Assembly: GCA_903884815.1 (NCBI GenBank)
Contig: CAISGE010000023.1
Span: 252 to 64,251 of the forward strand
Length of the DNA: 64,000 bases
From: Candidatus Omnitrophota bacterium
GTDB lineage: Bacteria > Omnitrophota > Omnitrophia > Omnitrophales > Aquincolibacteriaceae
Direction: 5' to 3'
Shown here: positions 31,777-41,951 of the stretch, piece after piece
Numbering within the stretch: position 1 is the first letter of the stretch
How the letters are laid out: every line of letters starts with the position of its first letter
Notes under the pieces: model-generated
The model's input: the letters and a program-made list of their open reading frames with translations, nothing else
Database searches by the model: none
Told to the model about the DNA's origin: nothing
Position numbers and translations under genes: made by a program

Positions 31777-32706
31777 CTATGGGCGCGTATTTTTAAATAC
31801 CAGGGCCAGGGCGCCGAAGTCTCCGGAGTGGCCGAGAAGGGGCGACAGAAGGATCTTCGTCGTGCGAAAGGCTTCGGGCCATGCGTGATCCTTCGCGCTC
31901 CGCGTCAGGGCCTTCCAATAAGTAGCGGGAGAGGACATAAAAACGCCGCCGCCGAGCACGATCGCTTCAGGATTCAGAATATTCATGAGATTGGCAAGAC
32001 CGATCCCGAGATAGTAAGCCCCTTTCAGATAGCTTTGGAGCGCGCGCCGGTCACCCGACCTCGCCGCCAATCCGACTTCTTTAGCTCCGGTAACTTTTTT
32101 TCCGGACATTTCACGGTAAAAAGAAGCGATCGCTGTGCCCGAGGCGTACGCCTCAAGACAGCCGCGGCCACCGCACTTACAAGATTTGCCTTCGGGTACC
32201 ACACCGATATGACCGATCTCCCCCGCCACGAATCCGGCCCCTTCATAGATCTGTCCATTCATCACAAGACCGCCACCGACGCCGGTACTGACCGTGATAT
32301 AAATAAAATCCTTCATCTTTTTTCCGGCGCCGAAAACGGCTTCCCCGAGAGCCGCGGCGTTGGCGTCATTGGCAATAAAAACAGGCAGTTTCAATTTTTG
32401 TTTGAGAAGCCTGCAGACGGGGACACCCTCCCAACCGGGAAGATTGGGGGAGCGAGGAAGAACCCCCTTTGTAGAGTTCACGGGACCGGGAACACCGATA
32501 CCGATACCGAGCATTTGATTTTTAGGGATATTGAATTCCCCGAGGATGGCTGCAACACTCGCCCCGATCTCTCGGAGGCAAGCTTTGCTCTCCCGACAGG
32601 TCCGCGTCAAAATCTTTTTCCGGACCAAAATCTTGCCGCTGGAGGTGCCCAAGGTAACGGAAATCTTGGTCCCACCGATATCAATACCAATGGCGTACTT
32701 GATCAA
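31777..32706 (-). CDS. ROK family sugar kinase (glucokinase-like)
   Basis: GIDIGGTK, NDANAAALGE, GEIGH, CKCGGRGCLEAYASG. Confidence 0.93.
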   Translation of the reverse strand: MIKYAIGIDIGGTKISVTLGTSSGKILVRKKILTRTCRESKACLREIGASVAAILGEFNIPKNQMLGIGIGVPGPVNSTKGVLPRSPNLPGWEGVPVCRLLKQKLKLPVFIANDANAAALGEAVFGAGKKMKDFIYITVSTGVGGGLVMNGQIYEGAGFVAGEIGHIGVVPEGKSCKCGGRGCLEAYASGTAIASFYREMSGKKVTGAKEVGLAARSGDRRALQSYLKGAYYLGIGLANLMNILNPEAIVLGGGVFMSSPATYWKALTRSAKDHAWPEAFRTTKILLSPLLGHSGDFGALALVFKNTRP

Positions 32707-32738
32707 GGAAGGCTCCCATCCTTTCGATGAAAAAAAGA

Positions 32739-32811
32739 TGGGCAGGGAGGGAATTGAACCCCCGACACAGGGATTTTCAGTCCCTTGCTCTACCGACTGA
32801 GCTACCTGCCC
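32739..32811 (-). tRNA. tRNA-Phe(GAA)
   Basis: GGGCAGG acceptor stem, AGGGA-CTGAAAA-TCCCT anticodon arm, GGTTCAATTCC. Confidence 0.95.
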
Positions 32812-32874
32812 AAGAATGGGGATATGTTAGGCTGGAGAAAAAACTTTGTCGAGCTGTTTATCAACGCGGGTGGG

Positions 32875-32902
32875 ATTATAAAGCAGCTTGGGCTAATGTC
32901 AA
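32875..32902 (-). promoter_or_regulatory. Consensus sigma70 promoter upstream of tRNA-Phe
   Basis: Minus strand TTGACA-N16-TATAAT. Confidence 0.8.
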
Positions 32903-32919
32903 AGATTTTACTTTATCCT

Positions 32920-33363
32920 TCAATGGCCGGAGTGATAGGGCTGACCATGGAGAATAGTCAAGGTGCGATAGACCTGCTCAGTGGCAACGACCGCTGCGAG
33001 TTCGTGAGGAAGGGTCATAGGACCGAAACTCCAGGACAGCACGGGCGCCATCCTCGCCAGGTCCTGAGCGGTAAACCCGTCCGGCCCGCCGATCACAACC
33101 TGGAGTTCCTGCACCCCGGAGTTCATCACCTTTTGGAGTTCCCGTGCTAGGGCCTCCGAGCTAAGCGTCCGGCTCCCCTTCTCGCGCTCACAGACCCAGA
33201 GACAGGAGCGTTCCTTTGCCAAATAAGACCCCATCTCACACGGCATAAAATGTCCGATCCTTACGGCATAATCACTTGCAAGCGCATAAGCCTCCGGAGA
33301 TTTAAACGATTTCCGGGACGCCTTCGGCTCTTTGGTCCAGCCAAACGAGAATCGTATCTTCAT
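32920..33363 (-). CDS. rlmH: 23S rRNA m3-pseudouridine-1915 methyltransferase (SPOUT)
   Basis: SSEALA, IGGPDG, SFGPMTLPHEL, EQVYR..TIL.GQPYH. Confidence 0.9.
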   Translation of the reverse strand: MKIRFSFGWTKEPKASRKSFKSPEAYALASDYAVRIGHFMPCEMGSYLAKERSCLWVCEREKGSRTLSSEALARELQKVMNSGVQELQVVIGGPDGFTAQDLARMAPVLSWSFGPMTLPHELAAVVATEQVYRTLTILHGQPYHSGH

Positions 33364-33525
33364 GATTTTGATTATAACTCCGGACAGGCACTTTGAATAT
33401 TTTTCTCTTCTCAAGCCCAATCCCAATCCTTATCAATTTCGATGAAGCTGAAATCGGAACCATTCTTGTCACCGTTATTAAAAAAAGCGGAAGACAAGAA
33501 AGGAGGGAGCGGGTACGATGACGCC

Positions 33526-34677
33526 ATGGCCTCCCCAAAAACCGTGACAATCGAACGCATCTTTCTGGATCGCACCGCTAAGACAAGTCCCCTTACCCGA
33601 CGCATCTTGAAAGATCTCCCGCGCGTCCCGGTCACGATTGTCGCGGACAAAAAAGCATTCCTCCGAGACATCGGAAAGACATCGCTCAGCGCCGGCAAGA
33701 AGAGCCTTTGGATCACCCGCTTTAAAGGCAATTTTCTCAAACCCTGCCCCGCCACAGGGACCGATTACCTTTGCTGCGGCTACTGGGTCCTGAACGCTCA
33801 AACCCATTGTCCCCTCGACTGCACCTACTGCATTCTTCAAAACTATCTGAATGTTCCACTGATCACGGTCTATGTGAATACCGGAAATATTTCCCGTGAG
33901 ATCGACACACTGATCGAGGACCAGCCCAAACGACTATTTCGAATGGGCACCGGCGAATTGACGGACAGTCTGGCCTTCGATCCTGTCACCCATTTCAATG
34001 AACGCCTGATCCGCCACGCCCTGAAGAAAAAAATGATCCTCGAGATCAAAACCAAGACCGGCCTCGTGGATCATCTCCCGGACATCCGCAAAAGCAACAT
34101 CCTTATTTCGTGGTCCCTAAACCCCCAAGACTTCATCAAAACCCAGGAGTTTAAAAGTGCGCCGCTTGAGGCACGCCTGAAAGCGGCGTCACGCGCGGTC
34201 CAAAAAGGCTATCGTCTTGGCTTTCATTTCGATCCCCTTCTCCTCCTCCCGGGATGGGAGAAAAAATACAGCGAACTCCTTGAACAGTTGACCTCCAAAA
34301 TCCCGGAAAGTGAGGTGATGTGGATCAGCCTCGGAAGTCTCCGCTTTCCTCCGGCTCTCAAAAAAATGATCACGGAACGTTTCCCCAGTTCCGCAATCAC
34401 GGCGGCGGAATTCGTGAAGGGCCTCGATGGCAAGATGCGCTATTTCCGGCCTGAGAGGGTCAGACTCTACCGTCATGTCTACGCGGAGATCCGGAAAAAA
34501 TGGAAGGATGTTTTTATTTATTTCTGCATGGAGAACAGGACGGTGTGGGAAGAAGTGATGGGGTTTTCACCCGAGAAGAGCGATCACCTGGACTATCTCT
34601 TCCACGCAAACCTCGAAAAACGTTTCCCTGATCTGAAACTACCCACAGCAAAACAAACCTCGTACTTCCAAACTTAA
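33526..34677 (+). CDS. Spore photoproduct lyase-like radical SAM protein (start 33442 or 33526)
   Basis: CPLDCTYC, GTGELTDSL, EIKTKT, SWSLNP, GFHFDP, DGKMRYF, YFCME. Confidence 0.85.
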   Translation: MASPKTVTIERIFLDRTAKTSPLTRRILKDLPRVPVTIVADKKAFLRDIGKTSLSAGKKSLWITRFKGNFLKPCPATGTDYLCCGYWVLNAQTHCPLDCTYCILQNYLNVPLITVYVNTGNISREIDTLIEDQPKRLFRMGTGELTDSLAFDPVTHFNERLIRHALKKKMILEIKTKTGLVDHLPDIRKSNILISWSLNPQDFIKTQEFKSAPLEARLKAASRAVQKGYRLGFHFDPLLLLPGWEKKYSELLEQLTSKIPESEVMWISLGSLRFPPALKKMITERFPSSAITAAEFVKGLDGKMRYFRPERVRLYRHVYAEIRKKWKDVFIYFCMENRTVWEEVMGFSPEKSDHLDYLFHANLEKRFPDLKLPTAKQTSYFQT

Positions 34678-35168
34678 CCCCCGAGAGGAGTTCCCCCGGC
34701 ACATCCTGCCGCAGCACCTAACCCGGTCACCAGAGCCCTCACCAAAATCCCCGTCTGGTCGATGCAGTAAGAATTGTTCCCTGTAGCCCCCGGCGTCGAA
34801 GGATTCGCTTCGATCGAGTAAGTCGTTCCGCTTGCATCGACGGTATAAGTAAAACCATAGCCGTGTTTGTTGACGGGATTCGTCCACGTACTATCGATAT
34901 AGCTCTGGTTGATGAGCGTGGCAATATCGGGTGAATAGTTCGGGGGATTCTGAAACGCGCGATACGATTCATTCGCGGTGCTAAAAGCCCGGAGATCTCC
35001 ACGCACCGCCCCTTCATTTGCATCCAGTCTGACCCGCATAAAATTCGGCACCCCGACCGCGACCAGGATCCCGAGGATCGCGACCACCACCATGATCTCA
35101 ACCAGGGTAAAGCCAGTTTCGCGGACCTGAATCGGGCGGATCGCAACTTGCTTTTTACTTTGCTTCAC
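34674..35168 (-). CDS. Type IV pilin-like protein
   Basis: G|FTLVEIMVVVAILGILVAVGVP; C-terminal GY.F..A.P..G..SYCIDQTG. Confidence 0.9.
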   Translation of the reverse strand: MKQSKKQVAIRPIQVRETGFTLVEIMVVVAILGILVAVGVPNFMRVRLDANEGAVRGDLRAFSTANESYRAFQNPPNYSPDIATLINQSYIDSTWTNPVNKHGYGFTYTVDASGTTYSIEANPSTPGATGNNSYCIDQTGILVRALVTGLGAAAGCAGGTPLGG

Positions 35169-35226
35169 ACAATATCCCTCGAACTGGTTAAAAAGAAAAA
35201 ACTACGCCTGCCCGCAGGAGACATCG

Positions 35227-35655
35227 CTATTTCCCCAGAAGTGATCGGGCAAGACATTTCAAAACATCGATCTGCGTGACGATCCCCACAAGCACCCCAT
35301 CACGGCCGACGATCGGAACGCAGCCGAACTTGTCCCGGACCATGATATCGACCACATGACCCAGGGTGTCTTCGGGACTCAGGACAACGGGGTCCTTCGA
35401 CATCACATGCTTCAGGATGAACCGGTCCATTTGCTCTCTGTCAAAGACATCCCCCTCTTCGGTTTTCCGAGGCAACACACAGCGGAAAAGATCCCGAAGG
35501 GTGAACATCCCCACCACGCGCTTCTGGCTATCCACGACGGGAAGATGCCGGATCCCATGATGCCGGAACTTTGCCTCGACCGCGCTGAGAGGCTCCTCCA
35601 TACCGGCCGAGAACACTTTCGTTACCATGATCTCTTTAAGAAGGGGATTTTTCAT
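35227..35655 (-). CDS. CBS domain pair protein
   Basis: IRHLPVVD..VGMFT.RD and FGCVPIV..LVGIVTQID. Confidence 0.9.
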   Translation of the reverse strand: MKNPLLKEIMVTKVFSAGMEEPLSAVEAKFRHHGIRHLPVVDSQKRVVGMFTLRDLFRCVLPRKTEEGDVFDREQMDRFILKHVMSKDPVVLSPEDTLGHVVDIMVRDKFGCVPIVGRDGVLVGIVTQIDVLKCLARSLLGK

Positions 35656-37481
35656 GCCTTTTGGAGCTCGAATTTTGTCTCAAGGGTTTGCTGCATGAGC
35701 TTTTCGATCTGTTGGAGAAGCTCCCGAGCTGTTTTATTATTGGGATCGAGGCGAAGCACGTCTTCAAGCGCTTTTTTCGCTCCCTCGGGGTTCTGCATTC
35801 CAATATAAGCCATCGCCAGTCCGGTGTGACATTCCATATTGTTCCAGTCCTTCGCAATTCCCATCTGGAACTCCTGCTCTGCGGAAGAATAGCTCTTCAA
35901 CTGAAGCAGAATATGCCCGGTATTTTGATAGAATCGAGCCGCGGTCTTGTTATCTTTCGCATACCGCAATCCCTCTCGAAGCAGCGGAAGCGCCTGGTTA
36001 TAATCCCCCTTCTGCGTAAAAGCCACGGCCATGGTCCCATAAACATCGGCATCATCTTTCTGCGTCCGGAGGATCGTGGCCAACTCCGCGATGCAGTTGT
36101 CCCACTGGCCAAGTTCAAAATACATTTGTCCCAATCCCCTGAGACAATCCACGCTGGGACGGGCCGCGCAGGCGGCATTGAAGTGCTCCAGAGCTTTATC
36201 GGTCCGTTTAGTCTGATAATAGATCTTGGCCAGATAATTATGCGCCCGGACATTTTCCTCAGTGCCGTTGGGCGCTTTTTGAAGAACGTGCTCCAGATAG
36301 CGCTGGCTTTCCCCAAAACGCTTGGCCTCATAATAGGCGACCCCCAATTCCACGAGCAAACTTACATTGTCAGGATCCTGATAGAGAAGCGTTTCAAAAC
36401 CCCGGATCGCCTCGTTCACCTGCCCCATCTTTAGCTGGATCGAGGCAAGTTCCCGTTTGATATTTTTATTTTTGGGATCCAGCACCTGCGCCCGCGAATA
36501 GGCATTCTGCGCCGAGCTCAGATTATTCTGGGATTCAAAAACCTCGCCCAGCGCCATCAAGGCGTTGAGCTGCTCCGGTTTTTGGCTCGGGAAACGGTAT
36601 CCTTGAACGGCCTGTGTCAATTGCTTGACGGCGTTCGCCTGATCCCCCAACTGATAATAGACCATCCCGAGATCGTAATGGATGCGCGGGTATCCCGGCA
36701 AGATCGCCTCGGCCTTTTTCCATACATTGAGCGTATCCTGATACTGTTTGAGATTCAGATAAAGAACGCCGACCATATAATAAAAATCAAAAGGTTGGTC
36801 CTTCACCGCCAATTTCAGGTAAGACCCCAGAAGACGCTGGATCGAGATTTTGGGCAACGCTTCGACACCGCGACGGAAATCGATTGACCGTGTCCCCATG
36901 ATAATGTCATTGTTTTCCTCATCGAACCGCGACGGGATCTGTTTTCCGATCACAGGGAACATGATGCTGTAAGGGTCTTTCGTGTGAACGGCCCCGAACA
37001 AATGGCCCAGCTCATGCGTCAGCACGGTCTGTTCCTGAATACGGTAAAGCCGGTCCATGGGATAGCGCAGGACGAGATAGCCGGAAAGTATCCGGGCTTG
37101 CCCAATAGTATCGGGATCACGGACCGCAGCCCGTGCCGAACCTTTAACGCTCGTCAGACCGATCACAATATCAACATCGTCCTGGGGAAATTTGGAACGA
37201 AGATCTTCCAGAAGGACACGAGGCTCATCACTCTCTTGGACGCCCGACCATAGTTTATACCTCACCGGAACCAGCTGGATCTTGAATTCACTTTCAAAGA
37301 TTTTCGAGGCATAGGTCAAACGCTGCTGGAACTCGGACTTCCAATTCGGCTGTGTCTTGAATCCCGCCGACACGGCGATCTCCACCCGGACCTTCCGGAG
37401 CGCAATAGCTGCCTGAGCGGGACGACTCCAGGATCCGCAGGCCACGACAAAAACCAGAAGAATAGTCAGCGTCTTTTTCAT
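35652..37481 (-). CDS. Exported metzincin-type zinc metalloprotease with TPR array
   Basis: Signal peptide, HELGHLFGAVH plus SIM Met-turn, roughly 10 TPRs. Confidence 0.85.
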   Translation of the reverse strand: MKKTLTILLVFVVACGSWSRPAQAAIALRKVRVEIAVSAGFKTQPNWKSEFQQRLTYASKIFESEFKIQLVPVRYKLWSGVQESDEPRVLLEDLRSKFPQDDVDIVIGLTSVKGSARAAVRDPDTIGQARILSGYLVLRYPMDRLYRIQEQTVLTHELGHLFGAVHTKDPYSIMFPVIGKQIPSRFDEENNDIIMGTRSIDFRRGVEALPKISIQRLLGSYLKLAVKDQPFDFYYMVGVLYLNLKQYQDTLNVWKKAEAILPGYPRIHYDLGMVYYQLGDQANAVKQLTQAVQGYRFPSQKPEQLNALMALGEVFESQNNLSSAQNAYSRAQVLDPKNKNIKRELASIQLKMGQVNEAIRGFETLLYQDPDNVSLLVELGVAYYEAKRFGESQRYLEHVLQKAPNGTEENVRAHNYLAKIYYQTKRTDKALEHFNAACAARPSVDCLRGLGQMYFELGQWDNCIAELATILRTQKDDADVYGTMAVAFTQKGDYNQALPLLREGLRYAKDNKTAARFYQNTGHILLQLKSYSSAEQEFQMGIAKDWNNMECHTGLAMAYIGMQNPEGAKKALEDVLRLDPNNKTARELLQQIEKLMQQTLETKFELQKA

Positions 37482-38182
37482 GACCGCACACGGTTCGTGA
37501 AAAGCACCTGAAGCGCCATAAAAAAATCACGGGCCTTGATCTTCTTCCCTTCGCTGGCCGTCCGGCCGTTGTAAAGGATCGGCAGCTCCGTGATCCGTAT
37601 ATTCTTTTTGGCGAGTTTTGCCGTGATCTCGGGTTCAAAATCAAACCGACTGGCACTTAATTGAAGGGATTTCATGAGACCTGCCGGAATAATCTTGTAG
37701 CAGGTTTCCATATCGGTTAGGCGGGTCCTAAAAAGAAGATTGGTGAGCCAAGTCAGAAAGAGATTGGCCATATAGTTCGCGAGAGCCATCCCTAGAGGAC
37801 GGCGATTGCCGAGAAAGCGGCTCCCGTAGACTACCTCCGCCGAACCTTTGAGAAGAGGAGCCAAAAGACGTGGAAGCTCCGCGGGGTCATATTCAAAATC
37901 CGCATCCTGAACGACGATTACATCCCCCTGGGCCTGCTCCAAACCGCGCAAAATGCTATAACCTTTTCCACGGTTGACTTCGTTCCGCAGCACATGGATC
38001 CGGCCCATCGTATCCTGCTGATTTAAAAGCCGCGCGATTTCATAGGTCCTGTCGCGGCTGTGATCATCCACCAGAATGATTTCATACGGCACCGGAAAAG
38101 AAACCTTCAGGATCTTCTCGACCAATTGCTGCAAGGTCGGCGCTTCATTGTAGGCTGGGATAATGATCGATAGCTTTTCCAT
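37478..38182 (-). CDS. GT2 glycosyltransferase (polyprenol-phosphate glycosyltransferase-like)
   Basis: IIIPAYNE, VDDHSRD, QDADFEYDP, VYGSRF, TDMETCYK. Confidence 0.92.
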   Translation of the reverse strand: MEKLSIIIPAYNEAPTLQQLVEKILKVSFPVPYEIILVDDHSRDRTYEIARLLNQQDTMGRIHVLRNEVNRGKGYSILRGLEQAQGDVIVVQDADFEYDPAELPRLLAPLLKGSAEVVYGSRFLGNRRPLGMALANYMANLFLTWLTNLLFRTRLTDMETCYKIIPAGLMKSLQLSASRFDFEPEITAKLAKKNIRITELPILYNGRTASEGKKIKARDFFMALQVLFTNRVRS

Positions 38183-38299
38183 TGCTATGCTATATCGTCC
38201 TTTTTCAGAGGCACTAAACCCACAAAGACCGTTCTGTGGGACCATGCCTCGGATGCGTATTTTCCTGTTTCACTTTCTGGTATATACTACCCACCGCTT

Positions 38300-38773
38300 A
38301 TGCAAAACACAACTTCCGTCATCCCAAAACAGCCGCAATCCCTACTCGCCAGGATCCTCCACTTTTTCTTCTATGCGAGTCTTTTGGGGATCCTCTTTGT
38401 TTCAAAGCTCCCTTCCGCCACCGGCCCTATTCTAGTCTTTAAAAAAAATTTCCTGGCAGGAGCTGAATCTTTTTTTCGTTTTCAAGACCCGGGTCTCCCC
38501 TACGCAATATTCAAAACCGGTCTCGCCCGTACTGGAGGAACCGCAACCTTTCTCACCGATAGGCCTTACGATCCCAAGGACCCGGCCGTCGAGCAGCTTC
38601 AGGCCGCCCAAGGAAGTTTGGCGCCACTTCTCTTAAATCCTCTTCCGACCGAGAACAAGGCGTTCATCTTCTGCTCCCGGGAGGTGATTGCGCAGGCCCG
38701 GATGCAAGGAACCGGTTATCGGCCTGTCGTGATCCTGGCAGACGGAAAAATGATCGCGGAGAAAATAACGTGA
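38300..38773 (+). CDS. Hypothetical membrane-anchored protein
   Basis: 157-aa ORF with N-terminal hydrophobic helix; 4-nt overlap with the next gene. Confidence 0.6.
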   Translation: MQNTTSVIPKQPQSLLARILHFFFYASLLGILFVSKLPSATGPILVFKKNFLAGAESFFRFQDPGLPYAIFKTGLARTGGTATFLTDRPYDPKDPAVEQLQAAQGSLAPLLLNPLPTENKAFIFCSREVIAQARMQGTGYRPVVILADGKMIAEKIT

Positions 38774-40215
38774 ACGCTCTTGCGCCGCTCTTAATTCCCG
38801 CCTTGTTAGGCTATTTTACTCTGGCACTCTTGCTACGCCGCATACCTCTCCGCTGGAAACCCCTGTTTCTCCTGGCTGCCGCGATCCCCACGGGATTCGG
38901 GATCTGCTCCCTGATGCTCTTTTTTTCCTTGTGGGCCGTTCCTTCTAAGTCTATGGCCCTCTCTGTGTCTTCAGGTCTCGCTATCACCCTGTTGCTCGGA
39001 GGCTTTCTCTTGCGGCAATATTCCAAAAGAACATCCCCGGCTCCCTCCGCGGTCGAACTGATCCGCCAGAAATTCATCGCGAGTATGCCTAAGGACAGAG
39101 GAGCCATTTTAAAGTTTGTCCTATGGGTTATTAGTCTTTTGATTTTTCTCGTCACTCTGTGGAGCGTGATCCAGTTCTTTCTCCTTTCCGTATCCACCAA
39201 CATCACGGGAGGCTGGGACGCCCGTTATATGTGGCTACTCAAAGCCAAGTTCATGTTCCGTTCCCCCGAAGCGTGGCAGGACATGTTCTCCCCCCTCCTT
39301 TCATGGTCCCACACGGACTACCCGCTTCTTTGGCCGGGAACTCTTGCCTGGGGTTGGAACTGGATGGGCCAGGAATCCCTGCTTTGGCCCCCCTGGGCGT
39401 CTCTAGGCTTCTACCTCTCTTGCGCCATGATCTTGGTCTGGTATTTAGGGACCGAAGTCTCTCCTCTTGCTGGAGGATGGGGAGGAACTTTTTTCCTTCT
39501 TCTGATCCCTCCTCTTTTCTGGAGCATTCATCTCTACACCGATCTGCCGCTTGCTTTTTTTATAACGGCTGCGACCCTGCTACTGCTCGTCGCGCTTCGA
39601 TCAGGACACTCCCGACTTTTTCTGATATCGGGGTTGATGGCAGGGTTGGCAGCATGGACCAAGAACGAAGGGCTCCAATTCTGGGGAATTACCATTCTAC
39701 TGCTCGCGAGCATGAAAATTCTCAGCAAAAGAAGCGCGCCCCACGAACCCACTTTCCATCTTTCTCCGTTTTTATGGGGAAGCTGTTTACCGCTCGTCAC
39801 GGTTTTGATCTTTAAAATATTTTTTGGAAAAAGCGGCGAATACCTAGGCCCAGAACACTCGCTCGGAGACATCTTCGCGCGGATCTTCTCGGCAGGATCA
39901 GAGACCGGGTTGATCCTTCTCTCTTTCGTGAGGCATTGTGTGGATTTTGCGAGCTGGAAGGGACTTTGGATTTTCTTCTTCACGGCCTGCCTTGTGTTTT
40001 TTTTCAAAAAAAACAGGCGCCGCTATACCGGGATACTTCCCACCTTGGTAGCTTTGATCAACTTCGGTTACGTTACCGCTTTCCTCATATCTCCAGCCGA
40101 TCTGAATTGGCATCTCGGGACTGCCTTGGAGCGGCTTCTCATCCATACCGCCCCCCTGGCCCTTGTTTTCAGCTTTGAGATACTGACGTTCAGAAAGACT
40201 GCAATCCAGAAATAA
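38770..40215 (+). CDS. Polytopic GT-C (ArnT/PMT-like) glycosyltransferase
   Basis: About 12 TMs; WDA..W..KAK, H.DYP.L, YTDLPL, WTKNEG motifs. Confidence 0.72.
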   Translation: MNALAPLLIPALLGYFTLALLLRRIPLRWKPLFLLAAAIPTGFGICSLMLFFSLWAVPSKSMALSVSSGLAITLLLGGFLLRQYSKRTSPAPSAVELIRQKFIASMPKDRGAILKFVLWVISLLIFLVTLWSVIQFFLLSVSTNITGGWDARYMWLLKAKFMFRSPEAWQDMFSPLLSWSHTDYPLLWPGTLAWGWNWMGQESLLWPPWASLGFYLSCAMILVWYLGTEVSPLAGGWGGTFFLLLIPPLFWSIHLYTDLPLAFFITAATLLLLVALRSGHSRLFLISGLMAGLAAWTKNEGLQFWGITILLLASMKILSKRSAPHEPTFHLSPFLWGSCLPLVTVLIFKIFFGKSGEYLGPEHSLGDIFARIFSAGSETGLILLSFVRHCVDFASWKGLWIFFFTACLVFFFKKNRRRYTGILPTLVALINFGYVTAFLISPADLNWHLGTALERLLIHTAPLALVFSFEILTFRKTAIQK

Positions 40216-40250
40216 AAAACGGGCAGGCCGCCTTCAAAGCGACCTGCCCG
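40214..40250 (-). terminator. Intrinsic terminator between convergent genes
   Basis: CGGGCAGG..CCTGCCCG stem with A6 on the left (U-tract for the minus transcript). Confidence 0.7.
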
Positions 40251-40283
40251 CCTTTAAATGTCTATTTCTCTTCCGTCCTCTGG

Positions 40284-40763
40284 CTAAACCCCGCCGCGCG
40301 CGGCCAATTCGCGTCTCGTGCGATTCTCGTTAAATCCCGTCCGGCCCAGGGTCTTTAACGCCAGATCATCCTTGTTCTCTCCGTTGTAGAAATCATACTC
40401 CATTATCGCCAGGATCCTAAGCATCGTCGTAACGTCCAGATTGACGACCATGGGATTGGTCCGAAGCGTTTCATCGATCTTGCCTACATAAAAGTCTGCG
40501 TTGTTCAGGATCGCGCTATTATCCCTGTTCTTGATGAGCAGGATCACTCCCTCTGCCGCAGCTCTTTTCTCGGTCTGGTTCATTCGTTCCCACAATGACA
40601 TGTTCCGGCTCAATTGGTTCATCAACTCGGGGAAGGCTAAACCCACTCCCGGCTTGTCCTCAACAACACTCTTTCCCGCCCTGTTACTCAAAAAACCATA
40701 GCATAACCCGACGACCAAAACACCCGCCACAGCCAGTGCGGCCCATCCAATACGCTTATCCAT
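40284..40763 (-). CDS. Hypothetical membrane-anchored protein
   Basis: 159-aa ORF, N-terminal TM, strong AGGAGG RBS. Confidence 0.75.
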   Translation of the reverse strand: MDKRIGWAALAVAGVLVVGLCYGFLSNRAGKSVVEDKPGVGLAFPELMNQLSRNMSLWERMNQTEKRAAAEGVILLIKNRDNSAILNNADFYVGKIDETLRTNPMVVNLDVTTMLRILAIMEYDFYNGENKDDLALKTLGRTGFNENRTRRELAARGGV

Positions 40764-40799
40764 GTTCCTCCTTTTTTGAGGCCCTTGCCTCTGTTAAGA

Positions 40800-41951
40800 T
40801 CACATATATTGTTTTAAAACGGTAATGGCCTCCAAAACTTGTCGGTCCACCCCGGGGGTCCCGTCCGGACTGTTCGAAATATCACGGTCCGGCGTCAGGC
40901 CAATCAGATCTATGACCCTCCCTGAAGGGGTGGCATATCTCGCGGTGGTCAATTTCATAGCGCTCGCGTCATCGAAAGGAACGACAGACTGCACCGAACC
41001 CTTGCCGAAGGTTTTAACCCCGATCAGTATCGCGCGCTTATGGTCCTGCATCGCGCCGGAAAAAACCTCGGAAGCGCTTGCGCTATACCCGTTCACAAGA
41101 ATCACCAGTTCAATATTAACGTAACTTCCATTTTGAGGCACGAAATATTCTTTACGTTGCTCGGCGATCTTGCTTTGGACAGATACGATCTTCTTTCCTT
41201 TCGTGAGAAAACGTTCCGCGAGCGCCACCGCCTGGGTCAGGAGACCGCCGTCATTATTCCTAAGATCGATGATCAGCGCTTTCATTCCCTGTTTCTTCAG
41301 GTCCGCGAGGGCTTTATCGACTTGAACGCTCGTGTTGTCCTGCCATCCCGAAAGGCGAAAGTAAGCGAGCGATTTCCCCACCATGCGGGCATCATGGACA
41401 GACTGGATCTCGATCTTTTGGCGCAGGATTTTGATATCCAGGATCTGCATGGAAGGCGGGCGGGAAAGGGTTACAAGTACCGGGGTGTCCACATCCCCCC
41501 GTAAGAGAGCCGATACATCCCCAACGGCTTTCTTTTCGATAGAAACTCCGTCAATTTTCAAAAGAATATCGCCCGCGAGAAGTCCGGCTTTTTCGGCGGG
41601 CTTCCCGGGTTCGACGGCCTTGATCACCACCTGTTGGTTGATCATCTCCAGAATGGCGCCGATGCCCGCATATTCGCCTTTGATCTGGATCTGGAGCAAC
41701 TTGAATCGTTCGGGCTCAATGAAATCCGAAAATCGGTCCAGGGACCCCAACATGCCTTTCATGGCCTTGTAAAGAAGCTGGCGGGGAGTGACATCACCGA
41801 CATAGGCCTCGGTGATGACGCCTACGCCTTTTGAAAAAAGTTTCAATTCCTCAATGATCCAGCCATCCCCTTCCGCAAATGCCACCGTGAGAGGAAGCAC
41901 GAAAAGCAACAGAAGACCCGGGATCAGGAAACGCCGAAGGATTCTTCCCAC
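40800..41951 (-). CDS. S41 C-terminal processing peptidase (PDZ)
   Basis: GIGA, DLRNNDGG, SASASE, TFGKGSVQ. Confidence 0.93.
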   Translation of the reverse strand: MGRILRRFLIPGLLLLFVLPLTVAFAEGDGWIIEELKLFSKGVGVITEAYVGDVTPRQLLYKAMKGMLGSLDRFSDFIEPERFKLLQIQIKGEYAGIGAILEMINQQVVIKAVEPGKPAEKAGLLAGDILLKIDGVSIEKKAVGDVSALLRGDVDTPVLVTLSRPPSMQILDIKILRQKIEIQSVHDARMVGKSLAYFRLSGWQDNTSVQVDKALADLKKQGMKALIIDLRNNDGGLLTQAVALAERFLTKGKKIVSVQSKIAEQRKEYFVPQNGSYVNIELVILVNGYSASASEVFSGAMQDHKRAILIGVKTFGKGSVQSVVPFDDASAMKLTTARYATPSGRVIDLIGLTPDRDISNSPDGTPGVDRQVLEAITVLKQYM

